Sequence record: PQ850608.1
Source of the DNA: Escherichia phage HermannAdler_Bas98
Reading direction: 5' to 3' (one strand)
Length of the DNA: 64,000 bases
Shown piece after piece: positions 1 through 10,349 of this stretch. Position 1 is the first letter of the stretch. Each line of letters starts with the position of its first letter. Both the position numbers and the translations under genes were made by a program. The notes beneath the pieces are model-generated. The model had not been told where the DNA came from, searched no databases, and worked only from the letters and a program-made list of their open reading frames with translations.

Positions 1-240
1 TTCATCATTAACCAAAATGATAATTATTCTGGCGAATTTGATGAACACAAGTGTATGCTTGGATTTGATTCAGCAGAAGAAGCGAAAGAAGCTTATCAGG
101 CGTCATTTGGTAACGGTTGGAACGGATTTGACTCAATCCACGAATTGGATGTCAACTCATTCAAGGAGTGGTTGAAGGGTGATTGCTCTCAAGCATATGG
201 AGCACTCAACAATCCTACTAATTCACCGAAGCAAGGTTGA
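1..240 (+). CDS. 3' end of a gene starting upstream of the window (probably portal protein)
   Basis: Frame open from base 1 to TGA 238-240; directly followed by Mu F-like head morphogenesis gene, the usual neighbour of portal; product not recognisable from 80 aa. Confidence 0.35.
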   Translation, partial: FIINQNDNYSGEFDEHKCMLGFDSAEEAKEAYQASFGNGWNGFDSIHELDVNSFKEWLKGDCSQAYGALNNPTNSPKQG

Positions 241-241
241 T

Positions 242-1093
242 ATGGCTTTTAAAGCTTCGAAAAAACGTGAACGCCGCTTACCCGATAGAGTCGGGCGCGG
301 CAGTCCGATAATCCCATCCAACGCAATCGCGATGGCCTATCGTCGTGAGATGAAAGGTCTTTGCTATGCGATGATTGACGACTATCAAGAAGGAATTGCT
401 GAGTGGCTTGAAAAGAAGCAGGTAAAAAAATTCTTTGCGCAAGACTCTGCTGATTCAACTTTTCAAACCTTGATGAAGCGCCTTCAACTGAAATGGGCAA
501 AAGCATTCGCCCGTGTCGGGTCAAAGATTGCCGCAGATTTCATCAAGTCAGTTGAAAAGGGCGCGACTTCTGCTACATTTGCAAGTCTTAAATCTGCAGG
601 AATAGAAGCGCCAAAAGCCACATATAATAAATTCGTTGAGAACACTCTTAAAACAAGCGAGACGTTCAACACGACTTTAGTGACTAAGGTTGGCGAGGAT
701 ATTCACAACAGGGTGTACGAAGCGGTGATGCTTTCGCTGACTTCGCCAGACCCAGCGCAACAAGGCACGTCCGGCATTCAGGCGGCATTAAGGCATGTAA
801 AACACTTCTCTGCAAAACGCGTAGACCTTATCGCCAAAGACCAAACGAGCAAACTTTATTGCGTATTAAGTGATGAAAGAATGCGACAGAATGGCGTTGA
901 GGAATTTGAGTGGGCGCATTCAGGAGCAGGAAAAGAGCCGCGAATATCGCATGAGCATGTCGATGGGATGAGATTCAAGCTTGATGACAAACGCTTATGG
1001 GAAGTAGGTGGAGAACTTAAGTTCAAAAAGGGTGACATCGGTCCTCCTGGATGGGCGATACACTGCAAGTGCAGAAAAATACCAATTATCTGA
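242..1093 (+). CDS. head morphogenesis protein (Mu F / SPP1 gp7-like)
   Basis: C-terminal HEHVDG...PPGWAIHCKCR matches the Mu F domain signature (H..DG ... nCRC); ATG 2 nt after upstream stop. Confidence 0.75.
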   Translation: MAFKASKKRERRLPDRVGRGSPIIPSNAIAMAYRREMKGLCYAMIDDYQEGIAEWLEKKQVKKFFAQDSADSTFQTLMKRLQLKWAKAFARVGSKIAADFIKSVEKGATSATFASLKSAGIEAPKATYNKFVENTLKTSETFNTTLVTKVGEDIHNRVYEAVMLSLTSPDPAQQGTSGIQAALRHVKHFSAKRVDLIAKDQTSKLYCVLSDERMRQNGVEEFEWAHSGAGKEPRISHEHVDGMRFKLDDKRLWEVGGELKFKKGDIGPPGWAIHCKCRKIPII

Positions 1094-1100
1094 GGTCATT

Positions 1101-2021
1101 ATGACGATACCAATCAACACATTCCCTCTATCTGGACAAACTCCAGTCTTGCCTGCGGTGTATGCTAATGGCTTGGCAATTGTCTCAGAATTCACTTCTG
1201 ATAAAAACTTGATTGTTCCACTGAGCCCGCCGCTTGCATCAGGGTATAACTCAGTAGGTCAATTCTTTATGATTGGAAATGATGGCGATTCGACCAGCAA
1301 GCCTAATCTGACATTGTCTGTACCTAAGATGGACATCACAGACGTTCAAACTGGCTTGACTGCATCAACAATCACCATTGCTTTTGGAGAAGCGGTGATT
1401 ATAGGAATGGAGTCTGGAGGGTCCAAGAATGCTGTCGCCGTTAAGGTAGTCAAATCCATCGACAACCAATACACGTTACCAGCTGCGACGGCTTCCGTTC
1501 TCGGCGGCGTCAAAATAGGAAGCGGAATAAGCGTCGCAGGTGACGGTACAATTAGCGTCACCCAATACTCATTGCCGATTGCGTCAGCATCTACTTTAGG
1601 CGGCGTAAAGGTCGGTACAACTCTATCAATTGATGGTTCCGGTGTGCTTAACGCAGCGGAAAGCACCGTCCAGAATGCCACGAACAGTGTTAGCAATCCT
1701 CCAACCACTTTGGTTAATCTGGCGACCTTAAACCTTCCTGCAGGAAAGTGGCTTGTGACGGCAAGTCAGTTGACTGTCGCGACAGCAGGAATTCAAGCGA
1801 ATACCGGAATTACATCCAAATTGTCAACAAGCGATTCAGATATTACGGATGATGCATTTACGATGTCAGCTGGCATTCGGGCTGCAGGTCGTTTCGGCGG
1901 CAATATTCCAACAAAGATAATTACTCTTGCCGCTCCTGGCGATGTGTATCTAAACTATCAATGCACAGATGCGTTGACATCTACCGTTTACGGACAGATC
2001 ACCGCAATCAAGCTGAACTAA
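1101..2021 (+). CDS. hypothetical virion protein with internal Gly/Thr-rich duplicated repeats
   Basis: ATG 1101 preceded by GAGGT; internal repeat ASVLGGVKIGSGISVAGDGTISV / ASTLGGVKVGTTLSIDGSGVLNA; position in head module. Confidence 0.5.
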   Translation: MTIPINTFPLSGQTPVLPAVYANGLAIVSEFTSDKNLIVPLSPPLASGYNSVGQFFMIGNDGDSTSKPNLTLSVPKMDITDVQTGLTASTITIAFGEAVIIGMESGGSKNAVAVKVVKSIDNQYTLPAATASVLGGVKIGSGISVAGDGTISVTQYSLPIASASTLGGVKVGTTLSIDGSGVLNAAESTVQNATNSVSNPPTTLVNLATLNLPAGKWLVTASQLTVATAGIQANTGITSKLSTSDSDITDDAFTMSAGIRAAGRFGGNIPTKIITLAAPGDVYLNYQCTDALTSTVYGQITAIKLN

Positions 2022-2031
2022 AGAGGAAGTT

Positions 2032-2169
2032 ATGCAAAAGATTATTCAGTCACGTTATGTTAAAGTGCGAAATATTAATTGCAACTCTTTGCTTTCTTGG
2101 AAATGGGCCGTTTACGACTCGATGTTAATTGGCGTTTTAGTTGCAGGAGTGCTATTTAATATTCACTGA
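2032..2169 (+). CDS. small hydrophobic protein (45 aa)
   Basis: ATG 2032 after AGAGGAAG; one hydrophobic segment (SMLIGVLVAGVLF); short ORF, weak support. Confidence 0.25.
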   Translation: MQKIIQSRYVKVRNINCNSLLSWKWAVYDSMLIGVLVAGVLFNIH

Positions 2170-2204
2170 ATTCATCGGCAAAGGATTGCCGCGAGTTTTA
2201 TACG

Positions 2205-2480
2205 TATAATGACGTATCATCCGTATCAAGTAAGTTATTGTTTTCAAAAGAATCTTACGGATGATACGGATGATACGCGTTGCCGCCGTACTATATAGGA
2301 ATTCAAATAAATTAATTTAAAATTATATATCTAATTTAATTTTATTTTTTTATAAACTCTTATATATGAAAAGTATCCGTATCATCCGTATCATCCGTAG
2401 CACACCAGTGATAGCGCGGCTTATACACCGATACGGATAAAAATACGCCTCATTTTATCCGTATCATCCGTATCACACTA
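2205..2480. repeat. iteron / AT-rich module A: tandem and inverted copies of the 9-mer ATCCGTATC flanking an AT-rich core
   Basis: ATCCGTATCATCCGTATCATCCGTAG at 2376-2399, ACGGATGATACGGATGATACG at 2259-2277, further copies 2213-2228 and 2458-2476; AT-rich core 2290-2360 contains GAATTC. Confidence 0.7.
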
Positions 2481-2532
2481 ATAAAGGCGCGGCTATATTG
2501 GTTGTTATACATATTCAAACCATAATTATTGT

Positions 2533-2561
2533 TTGCCTAAGTTTTTTTCATTAGATATAAT
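2533..2561 (+). promoter_or_regulatory. sigma70-type promoter candidate for the scaffold/capsid operon
   Basis: TTGCCT - 17 nt - TATAAT, 30 nt upstream of the 2591 start. Confidence 0.45.
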
Positions 2562-2590
2562 ACACAATACTTATTTGAGGGTGGATGCGA

Positions 2591-4006
2591 ATGCAAACGG
2601 CACGCGAAATTGACAAAAATGGATTCTTGACGATTATGGGTTGTCCAATTTCGTCATTTGGCATTTTTGATTATTCTGCTGGTCAAGTCGGTCTTGATGG
2701 TGATCCGAATCGCATCGTAAAAGTCTATCGCCCTGAGTCAGCGGTGAAAGACCCCGAAGCGATAGATTCATTCAAAAATATCCCTTTCATCGACAATCAC
2801 GAAATGCTTTCTGGATTTGAAGGTGATGAGGATAACACAGCACCCGAAGAGTATGGAGTTGATGGCGTTCTGACTGGCAATGTTTATTATGACAAGCCAT
2901 GGATGCGCGGCGACCTTAAAGTGTTTAGCCGTCGTCTGAAGAAGGCCATTGATTCTGGAAAGGTTGACTTGTCTTTGGGCTATGACTGTGAATTCATCAT
3001 ACAGTCTGGAGAGTTTGACGGGCAGCCGTATGAAGTGGTGCAGACAACTCTTCGCGGCAACCACATTGCTCTCGTGGACGTTGGTCGAGTACCAGGTGCA
3101 CGGGTGCTGGATGGTCGTTGCTTTGACCATCTTTGTTTGACGACTGTAACACCATCCAACGAGGATTTAGACATGCCAAAACCGTTAAAAGGTAAAGCGC
3201 GTGATAATGCTGTTGAACAGCTGAAATCACTGATCCCTGCGCTCGAACAATTTCTGAACGAAGAGAGTACTGAAGCTGCTCATCAGGACGAAGTTGAAGT
3301 GAAAGCAGAAGAGAAGGACTCAACCGAAAATCGTGAAGAAGTAATGGTTGATCCAGAAGTCAAGGCAGAAGCAGAAGAAACCCCAGAAGGTGAAGAGAAG
3401 TTTGAAGTTGAAACTGAATCTCACGCTGGCGGCGAACTTCCGCAATTGATCAGCCAAATCGAAGCACTTATTGCAAAACTGAAAGGTGGCGCGGTAGGTG
3501 ATGAAGAAGAAGTTGAAGCCGAAGTCAAAGACGAAGAAGAAGTTGAAGTCAAGGCTGAAGATGTATCACCTTGCGACAAAGCTGAAGATGTGGTTAGCGG
3601 CCTGCAAAACAGCAACGTAAAGGGGGCTTCGGTCGAAAAAGATGACAAACCGACAAAAGCGGCGAAAGCGTCGCCAGGTCCAGCAAAAGGGGAACACTCA
3701 ATGGCATCTGATTCAGCAGTTGCTGCTTTCTACGCTGATTCTGCTCGTAAGAATAGCCTCTACCAGCGCCTGTCTAAAGTTGTTGGTGCCTTTGATCATG
3801 CAACTATGGACTCCAAGTCCGTAGCGAAATATGGCGCTAAAAAGTTAGGCTTGAAGTGCGTTGATGGTGCTGAGTTTGACGTGGTGGATAATTATCTGCG
3901 CGGCGTTGAGCACGGTCAAAAACAGCGTGTAGTCGCAAAACAAAAGGCCGCTGCGGATTCTGCAGCAACTGACGAAGCATTTGAAGCTTGGTTGAAAGGG
4001 GAATAA
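2591..4006 (+). CDS. putative prohead protease / scaffolding protein
   Basis: Globular N-terminal domain followed by a long acidic E/K-rich coiled-coil-like tail (EEVEAEVKDEEE...); sits between head morphogenesis and capsid genes; GAGGGTGG RBS. Confidence 0.45.
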   Translation: MQTAREIDKNGFLTIMGCPISSFGIFDYSAGQVGLDGDPNRIVKVYRPESAVKDPEAIDSFKNIPFIDNHEMLSGFEGDEDNTAPEEYGVDGVLTGNVYYDKPWMRGDLKVFSRRLKKAIDSGKVDLSLGYDCEFIIQSGEFDGQPYEVVQTTLRGNHIALVDVGRVPGARVLDGRCFDHLCLTTVTPSNEDLDMPKPLKGKARDNAVEQLKSLIPALEQFLNEESTEAAHQDEVEVKAEEKDSTENREEVMVDPEVKAEAEETPEGEEKFEVETESHAGGELPQLISQIEALIAKLKGGAVGDEEEVEAEVKDEEEVEVKAEDVSPCDKAEDVVSGLQNSNVKGASVEKDDKPTKAAKASPGPAKGEHSMASDSAVAAFYADSARKNSLYQRLSKVVGAFDHATMDSKSVAKYGAKKLGLKCVDGAEFDVVDNYLRGVEHGQKQRVVAKQKAAADSAATDEAFEAWLKGE

Positions 4007-4008
4007 AC

Positions 4009-4626
4009 ATGACTTTCCAAACTAGTGTAGGCCGTCAATATACAACTGGCTTTCCTGGCGACATCGTTCGCGACGGCCCACAGCGTGGGAAGCCAGGTCG
4101 AATCGTTAGCGCCAACGATGGTGCAAACGTAAACGCCATCAGCCGTGTGTTCGGTTTTAAAGATGACGTATCTTTAATGGGTACTGGTCAAACCAAAACC
4201 TTGGGCGCGCAGGACTTTGAAGTTGAACTGGGCGGCACCAATTACTATGGCATCCTTGGCAACAGCAAGCGTTACGCTCTGTATGGCAACTCTACTGGTC
4301 CTTTGGGCGCCAGCATGGTTCTGCCTCAATATAGCGAAGGCGAGTTCTATGATATGTGCACGGGCCTCGTAGTTGAAGTATTCAACCCAAGCACCAGTCC
4401 GCAGACGCTGAACTACGGCGACCTGCTCGCTTATGTACCTAAAGGCATTTCCAGCGGTAACAACCCGAACAACTTGCCTATCGGTGCAATTATCGCCTAC
4501 ACTGGCTCACTGCCAACTGGCATGGTTGCCATTCCAGGCGGTATCGTGATTGACCCGACTGCTATTGCCCTTTCCGGCCCAAGCGTCCAGTCTTCCACTT
4601 ATACCACTGTACAATTGACTCGTTAA
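4009..4626 (+). CDS. hypothetical protein, possible head decoration / minor capsid protein
   Basis: ORF with AGGGG RBS lying between scaffold-like and major capsid genes (same position as decoration genes in lambda-like head operons); no motif recognised. Confidence 0.4.
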   Translation: MTFQTSVGRQYTTGFPGDIVRDGPQRGKPGRIVSANDGANVNAISRVFGFKDDVSLMGTGQTKTLGAQDFEVELGGTNYYGILGNSKRYALYGNSTGPLGASMVLPQYSEGEFYDMCTGLVVEVFNPSTSPQTLNYGDLLAYVPKGISSGNNPNNLPIGAIIAYTGSLPTGMVAIPGGIVIDPTAIALSGPSVQSSTYTTVQLTR

Positions 4627-4640
4627 TAGGCAGGTGAATA

Positions 4641-5780
4641 ATGACTCGCATTAGCCAAACACACTCTCGCCTCCCAGCGAGCAAGGTGCGCCCTTTTGAT
4701 ATGCAATCCGTCACCGACGCGGCTGTTTCCCAGCTTGCTCGTATCGGTATTGTGTTTGATTCCGCGATTGTGCGTGATCAGATTGAGCACTTAAACCGTG
4801 CAGGCGCTTTTCGCGTAGGTGACGCCGCGTTTACTGCGCCGCAGACTACTCCGTCAATCCCGACCCCGTTGCAGTTCCTGCAGCAGTGGTTGCCTGGCTT
4901 CGTCAAAATCATGACCGCTGCTCGTAAAATCGACGAGCTGGTTGGTATTGATACTGTTGGTCAGTGGGAAGATGCAGAAATCGTTCAGGGTATCGTTGAA
5001 CCAGCTGGCACCGCAGTTGAATATGGTGATTTCACCTCTATTCCTCTGGCAAGCTGGAACGTAAACTTTGAACGTCGTTCTATCGTTCGTGGCGAAATGG
5101 GCATGGCAGTTGGTATGCTGGAAGAAGGCCGCGCGTCTGCGATGCGTCTGAACTCCGCAGAAACCAAGCGCCAGCAGGCTGCTGTATCTCTGGAAATCAT
5201 GCGTAACGCAATCGGCTTCTATGGTTGGTACAACGGGAATAACCGCACGTTCGGATTCCTGAATGATCCAAACCTGCCAGCGGCGATGACTTCCAACACC
5301 ACTTCCGGCTGGGCTACTGCGACCTTCCAACAGGTTACTGCAGACATCCGTTTGATGGTTCGTCAAATTCGTGTGAACTCTCAGGACCAGATTGATCCAG
5401 AGAAGGTTGACATGACTCTTGCGCTGCCGACTAACTCTATCGATTGGCTGTCCAACACCACTGACTTCGGTATTTCTGTACGTGACTGGATCACCCAGAC
5501 TTATCCGAAGATGAAGATCAAATCTGCACCGGAACTCAACGGCGCACTTGGCAGTGACCCGACTTTCTTGAACGTGGCATACCTGTACGCTGATCACATT
5601 GATTCCTCAATCGATGGCTCAAGCGATGATGGTTCCGTATTCAGTCAGCTGGTTCAGACCAAGTTCATGACTCTGGGCGTTGAAAAGCGTGCTAAGAGCT
5701 ATGTCGAAGACTACGCAAACGCAACAGCAGGCGTTCTGCTCAAGCGTCCTTTCGCAGTCGTCCGTATGACTGGTATTTAA
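4641..5780 (+). CDS. major capsid protein
   Basis: 379 aa ORF after scaffold/decoration genes, GGTGA RBS, followed by a stem-loop; size and position typical of lambda E-like capsid proteins. Confidence 0.65.
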   Translation: MTRISQTHSRLPASKVRPFDMQSVTDAAVSQLARIGIVFDSAIVRDQIEHLNRAGAFRVGDAAFTAPQTTPSIPTPLQFLQQWLPGFVKIMTAARKIDELVGIDTVGQWEDAEIVQGIVEPAGTAVEYGDFTSIPLASWNVNFERRSIVRGEMGMAVGMLEEGRASAMRLNSAETKRQQAAVSLEIMRNAIGFYGWYNGNNRTFGFLNDPNLPAAMTSNTTSGWATATFQQVTADIRLMVRQIRVNSQDQIDPEKVDMTLALPTNSIDWLSNTTDFGISVRDWITQTYPKMKIKSAPELNGALGSDPTFLNVAYLYADHIDSSIDGSSDDGSVFSQLVQTKFMTLGVEKRAKSYVEDYANATAGVLLKRPFAVVRMTGI

Positions 5781-5805
5781 TTGCTGTGATTACACAGTAA
5801 AACAC

Positions 5806-5835
5806 ATGGGGCGTGGTCGAAAGGCTTCGCCCCAT
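5806..5835 (+). terminator. stem-loop after capsid gene (possible terminator/attenuator)
   Basis: ATGGGGCG - 14 nt loop - CGCCCCAT inverted repeat; no clear T tract. Confidence 0.35.
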
Positions 5836-5895
5836 ATCAATAGACCTCAAGGGCTGTAGGGGCTTATCTGAGGCTTATATAAATAGGACTACAAA

Positions 5896-6360
5896 ATGTC
5901 AAAATACATCGTTTCAACTATGTCTATGTCAGTTAACTACACTTTCTATACGGAAGTGAAAGAAAACCCGAATGCAAAAGCTGGTTCAGGCGCTCTTCCA
6001 AATATTCGCAAACAGATTCTAATCAAGGGCGGCGCTGGTCTTACTTCAGCAACTTCCGGCTTTGGTGAAATGGCAAAAGGCGCTGACGGTGCACCTTTGT
6101 GGACTCCTGAAGGAATCGTCACCGTTGTAAGCGATGCAGATTTTGAGCATCTGAAAGATCATCACGTGTTTAAGCAGCATCTTGAAAAAGGTTTGGTGAA
6201 AGTCGTAAATCACGACATTGTTGGCAATCACAAGGCCGTCGCTAAAGAAGTTCGCGGCATGTCAGACGACCCGTTTGCGCCTATGACGCGCGAAACTGCT
6301 GACAAGCGCATCAAGGTCAAATTGAGCGGCGACCAAGAAGATGATTTATTCCGCGTTTAA
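5896..6360 (+). CDS. hypothetical protein
   Basis: 154 aa ORF in head-tail joining region. Confidence 0.55.
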   Translation: MSKYIVSTMSMSVNYTFYTEVKENPNAKAGSGALPNIRKQILIKGGAGLTSATSGFGEMAKGADGAPLWTPEGIVTVVSDADFEHLKDHHVFKQHLEKGLVKVVNHDIVGNHKAVAKEVRGMSDDPFAPMTRETADKRIKVKLSGDQEDDLFRV

Positions 6361-6374
6361 ATAAGGTGAATGCC

Positions 6375-6830
6375 ATGTCATTAGATTACGAAAAGTTCAG
6401 AATTAAATTTCCACAGTTTGCTGATCAGGTCAAATTCCCTGACGCAACACTTCAAGTATTCTATGACATGGCATGTGAATTTATTGAATCACAAGACAGT
6501 CCTTGTCGTGTTTTAAATGGCAGTAAATTGGAGCTGGCATTGGAATATATGACGGCTCATCTTTTATGCATAGCCGCAGACCAACAAGTGTCTGTGTCTT
6601 CTGGTGACGGAGTTGAACAAGGCGGCTTCGTGACTGGCGCAACAATTGGTGACATCACAGTGAACAAAGTCGCGCCGCCTGCGAGTGATGGCTGGGAATA
6701 CTGGCTATCAAGCACTCCATATGGCATGGCGCTGTGGGCGCTTCTTCAAGCACTGGCCGTTGGCGGCTTGTCATTCGGCGGTCTTCCAGAGCGTGAGGGA
6801 TTTCGTAAAATTGGTGGGGTGTTCTGGTGA
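6375..6830 (+). CDS. putative head-tail connector/adaptor protein
   Basis: AAGGTGA RBS, ATG 6375; N-terminal FRIKFPQF motif resembles a conserved phage head-tail family; assignment from memory only. Confidence 0.4.
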   Translation: MSLDYEKFRIKFPQFADQVKFPDATLQVFYDMACEFIESQDSPCRVLNGSKLELALEYMTAHLLCIAADQQVSVSSGDGVEQGGFVTGATIGDITVNKVAPPASDGWEYWLSSTPYGMALWALLQALAVGGLSFGGLPEREGFRKIGGVFW

Positions 6831-7213
6831 GGATTCCTGGCGTAAACTTATATCGAGTTGCGACAAAGGTTATCGGTCGCCAACCGATTCAATATTACAT
6901 GTACAAGGGGCGCACCCTTGATAAGATGCGCAACTATGCCACTACATATGAAGAACCAATCACCTTACTTGCTTCGGTGCAGGCTGTACTTCGAAACCAA
7001 TACGTTGAGCTTGGCTTAGAGCTTCAAAAGAACTATGTCAAAATCTGGGTGGACAAAGACGTTGTTGACCTTGACCGCGACGCTTCCGGCGACTATTTTG
7101 TGTTTGGTGGCAAAACGTACAAGATGGAAGATGAAACGACATGGTTTGACCAAGATGGTTGGACGTCTTGCCTTGCCGTGGAAGTAAAACAAAGCTTTCC
7201 AGTGTCTACTTGA
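6827..7213 (+). CDS. hypothetical protein
   Basis: GTG start overlapping upstream stop (GTGA), GGTGGGG RBS. Confidence 0.45.
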   Translation: MRIPGVNLYRVATKVIGRQPIQYYMYKGRTLDKMRNYATTYEEPITLLASVQAVLRNQYVELGLELQKNYVKIWVDKDVVDLDRDASGDYFVFGGKTYKMEDETTWFDQDGWTSCLAVEVKQSFPVST

Positions 7214-7220
7214 GGTGTAT

Positions 7221-7796
7221 ATGACAGATGTCGACCTGATTGACATGCTGGCAACGCGAATTGAAGAAGGTCTGGCGGCGTATAGTCGTGCAGACCTTTC
7301 TGCTGTTCCGGTCCAGAAAAAATACCAACCGACTCAACAGGGCATTCCGACTGGTGATCAGATTTGGTTTAACCTTTTATTCTCAGTCCCATTCGGTTGG
7401 TCAATGAGAAAGAATGAATTTGTCAATGATGAATCTCAATTCGTTAATGGCAAATTTAAAGATATTGAAGATCAGATATATGCAACACGTTTTCAAATTA
7501 GCGGCTTATTTCCAGAAGTTCCTGGCAATCCAGAAAAGCCTACGGCTAATGACGTTTTGACTTATTTAGCAAGATTCATAACCCACAAGGCTAATTTGAG
7601 GGATTGGTTTAAAAGGCATCAAGCTTCAGTATATAGAGTCGACATGAACAACAATGAAAAGTTCTATGACGACATGTCTCAGTTTGAATCGTTTCCTTCT
7701 TTTGATTTGGTAATCCTTCACAGAAACGCAATTTCAATTGACACGCCTGCTGTTGCAAGAGCTGTTAATAACGATTTAGGCGATATTCCGGTGTGA
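7221..7796 (+). CDS. hypothetical protein
   Basis: ATG 7221 after GAGGTG. Confidence 0.55.
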   Translation: MTDVDLIDMLATRIEEGLAAYSRADLSAVPVQKKYQPTQQGIPTGDQIWFNLLFSVPFGWSMRKNEFVNDESQFVNGKFKDIEDQIYATRFQISGLFPEVPGNPEKPTANDVLTYLARFITHKANLRDWFKRHQASVYRVDMNNNEKFYDDMSQFESFPSFDLVILHRNAISIDTPAVARAVNNDLGDIPV

Positions 7797-7797
7797 T

Positions 7798-8283
7798 ATG
7801 ACAAAATCAAAAATGATAGAAAAACAGATAAAGGCGCTTCAATCGATGAAGGGTCTTACTGTTGAAGCAGGATGGTTTGATTCTACCAGATACCCTTCAG
7901 AAACTGGTGGGGAAGGAATGTTGGTGTCAGAAGTCGCGCGGCTTAATGAATTTGGTCACATAGCCGTTTTGAACTTTGGGCAAGGGCCAGTCAGGGTAGA
8001 AGTGCCACCCAGACCATTCATGAGATATGCCTATGAATTATTCGTTAGTGAGCGCAGTGAAATAGAGAATAAAATTGCTAAAAAGATTTTTTCCGGTAAA
8101 ATAGACGCTAGACAGGCATTAGGTCAGATTGGGCTTGCGATGGAAGCAAAGATTGTCGAATCAATTAAAAACGGACCTTGGCAAAGAAACGCCAGATATA
8201 CCGTGCGTGTGAAAGGATTCGACAAACCTTTAATTCACAGCGGCCTTATGTGGCAATCTGTCAACAGCCAAGTCATTAAATAA
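7798..8283 (+). CDS. hypothetical protein, possible tail completion/neck protein
   Basis: ATG 2 nt after upstream stop; position just before sheath-like gene. Confidence 0.45.
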   Translation: MTKSKMIEKQIKALQSMKGLTVEAGWFDSTRYPSETGGEGMLVSEVARLNEFGHIAVLNFGQGPVRVEVPPRPFMRYAYELFVSERSEIENKIAKKIFSGKIDARQALGQIGLAMEAKIVESIKNGPWQRNARYTVRVKGFDKPLIHSGLMWQSVNSQVIK

Positions 8284-8295
8284 GAGGACACCGAC

Positions 8296-9834
8296 GTGAT
8301 CAGTCAATCTCGTTATATTAAAATTGTATCAGGGGTCGGAGCAGGCGCGGCTGTTGCAGTTCGCAAACTGTCGCTTCGCATCATGACTTCCAATACAGTT
8401 CTGCCGCCAGGCATTGTCGCAGAATTTTCAACTGCTGATGCCGTTGGATCATATTTCGGTTTTTCTTCCGAAGAATACAAGCGTGCAGCACTGTATTTCG
8501 GATTCATCAGCAAGCAAATCAACTCGCCTGATTCAATCAGCTTTTCTCGCGTTGTATCCACGGCGATTCCTGCAATGGTTATCGGCGACACTGAGCCTAA
8601 AACGCTTGCTACTTTCCAGGCATTCACTGGCGCTATCTTAAGCATCACTTATGACGGCACAGACTACCTGACTGACGCCATCAACCTTTCAGCGGCAACA
8701 AGTCTTGCCAACGTAGCGGAACTTTTGGAAACGGCAATCAACACTAAGTTTGCAGCAGAAGGTGGCACGTCGGTGCCTGCACTTGCTGATGCAGAAGTGT
8801 ATTGGAATGCCAACACCCAGCAGTTCACTTTGGAAGCCGCTACGTCGACCGCTGGCGCTGGAAACCTTTCGATTAACGTCACAGGTCAACCGACAGACCC
8901 ATCTCAGGCGCTTGGTTGGACGACTACTGGCACCGTTACGGTTGCTGGCCAGGGTGTAGCAAGTCCGGTAGAAGCCATCGCGGCATCTGTGGAGATTTCC
9001 AACAACTTTGGCTCATTCCTTTTCGCTGGAGCAGACCGAACGCTGGAAGAAATCACAGCCGTTGCAGCTTGGACTCACTCGCAGAACAACATGTACATGT
9101 ATCTGTTCTCGACTGCATTCGCCAACATCGGCTCATACTATACCGCGTTGAAAGGTTACTCAGGCGTTGGTATGATGATCCGTGCAACTAACCTCGCGAA
9201 TGATTACATCGACCAGGCACCTGCTGAAATTCTCGCGGCGACAAACTATAACACTGTAAATGCAACTCAAAACTACATGTATTATCAGTTTGAAACGCGA
9301 AATGTAACCGTATCGACTGATTCACGCGCAGATACTGCTGATCAAAACCGTGCAAACTATATCGGTGCGACTCAGCAAGCTGGTCAAACTCTCGCGTTCT
9401 TCCAGCGTGGTGTTCTGATGGGCGGGTCTACCGCAGCAGTTGATATGAACACTTATGCCAACGAGATGTGGCTTAAATCTGCTATCACTTCTCAGCTGTT
9501 CAGCATGTTCTTGAATCTTGGTCGCGTGCCTGCAAACGAAGAAGGCAAAGCAACTGTACAAGCAATGATTCAAGTTGCTGTTGACAATGCGAAGGTTAAC
9601 GGCACCATCTCTGTCGGTAAGGCGCTGACGGAAATCCAGAAACAGTACATCACGCAAACTTCCGGTGATAACACTGCTTGGCGGCAGGTTGAGACTATCG
9701 GTTATTGGTTGACTGTCGATTTTGACACTGAAACCACTTCCGATAACCGCACCGAATACTATGCAACATACACGCTAATCTACTCTAAAGATGATGCTGT
9801 GCGTCGCGTTGAAGGTCGTGACGTTCTTATTTAA
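8296..9834 (+). CDS. putative tail sheath protein
   Basis: 512 aa ORF directly upstream of a 155 aa tube-like gene, followed by hairpin GCCGCCGTAACTGGCGGC; family assignment not verified. Confidence 0.45.
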   Translation: MISQSRYIKIVSGVGAGAAVAVRKLSLRIMTSNTVLPPGIVAEFSTADAVGSYFGFSSEEYKRAALYFGFISKQINSPDSISFSRVVSTAIPAMVIGDTEPKTLATFQAFTGAILSITYDGTDYLTDAINLSAATSLANVAELLETAINTKFAAEGGTSVPALADAEVYWNANTQQFTLEAATSTAGAGNLSINVTGQPTDPSQALGWTTTGTVTVAGQGVASPVEAIAASVEISNNFGSFLFAGADRTLEEITAVAAWTHSQNNMYMYLFSTAFANIGSYYTALKGYSGVGMMIRATNLANDYIDQAPAEILAATNYNTVNATQNYMYYQFETRNVTVSTDSRADTADQNRANYIGATQQAGQTLAFFQRGVLMGGSTAAVDMNTYANEMWLKSAITSQLFSMFLNLGRVPANEEGKATVQAMIQVAVDNAKVNGTISVGKALTEIQKQYITQTSGDNTAWRQVETIGYWLTVDFDTETTSDNRTEYYATYTLIYSKDDAVRRVEGRDVLI

Positions 9835-9881
9835 ATAATTGCCGCCGTAACTGGCGGCCATCTCTCTGAGAGGAATCTGTA

Positions 9882-10349
9882 ATGATTAACGTTTCCGGTT
9901 TTGGCGCTTCGATTCGTTTGGTAGCATCAAACACTTTCCCTAATGGTGTGACCCTTTCTGATTTTGCAGATGATGCTGATCCGATTGACGCGCCGGACCT
10001 GCAAATCTCTGAGGCTGCAATGGGCCTTAACGGTGACTTAGTAGTGTGGAACCGTGCAAACCCGCTTGAAGTAGGTGTGAACATCATCCCTACTTCTGAA
10101 AGTGATGTCAACTTGGACGTTCTTGCAGCCGCAAACCGCGTAGGCAAGCGCAAGAACTCCGCAAAAGACGTGATCACACTTGTGCTGACTTATCCTTCTG
10201 GAATGGTTATCACGCTAAACAAAGGCACCTTGACAACTGGTTCAGTAATTCCTGGCATCCAGTCTCAAGGTCGTGTGAAAACACGTCAATATCGCTTCAA
10301 GTTTGAGAACGTAGTCAAAACTGGCGTGAGCAACCAAGAGATTTTATAA
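9882..10349 (+). CDS. putative tail tube protein (copy 1)
   Basis: 155 aa; GAGAGG RBS; clear paralogue of 11300-11797 (MINVSGFGASIRLVA... vs MVNISGFGTSIRIVA...). Confidence 0.5.
   Translation: MINVSGFGASIRLVASNTFPNGVTLSDFADDADPIDAPDLQISEAAMGLNGDLVVWNRANPLEVGVNIIPTSESDVNLDVLAAANRVGKRKNSAKDVITLVLTYPSGMVITLNKGTLTTGSVIPGIQSQGRVKTRQYRFKFENVVKTGVSNQEIL

Noticed and set aside
2205-2480. DnaA boxes in the iteron module
   Set aside because: The 9-mer TTATCCGTA differs from the DnaA box TTATCCACA at two positions; recorded as a resemblance only
4854-5597. 247 aa minus-strand ORF inside the major capsid gene
   Set aside because: Antisense to a well-supported structural gene; Arg/Ser-rich composition typical of a spurious antisense frame
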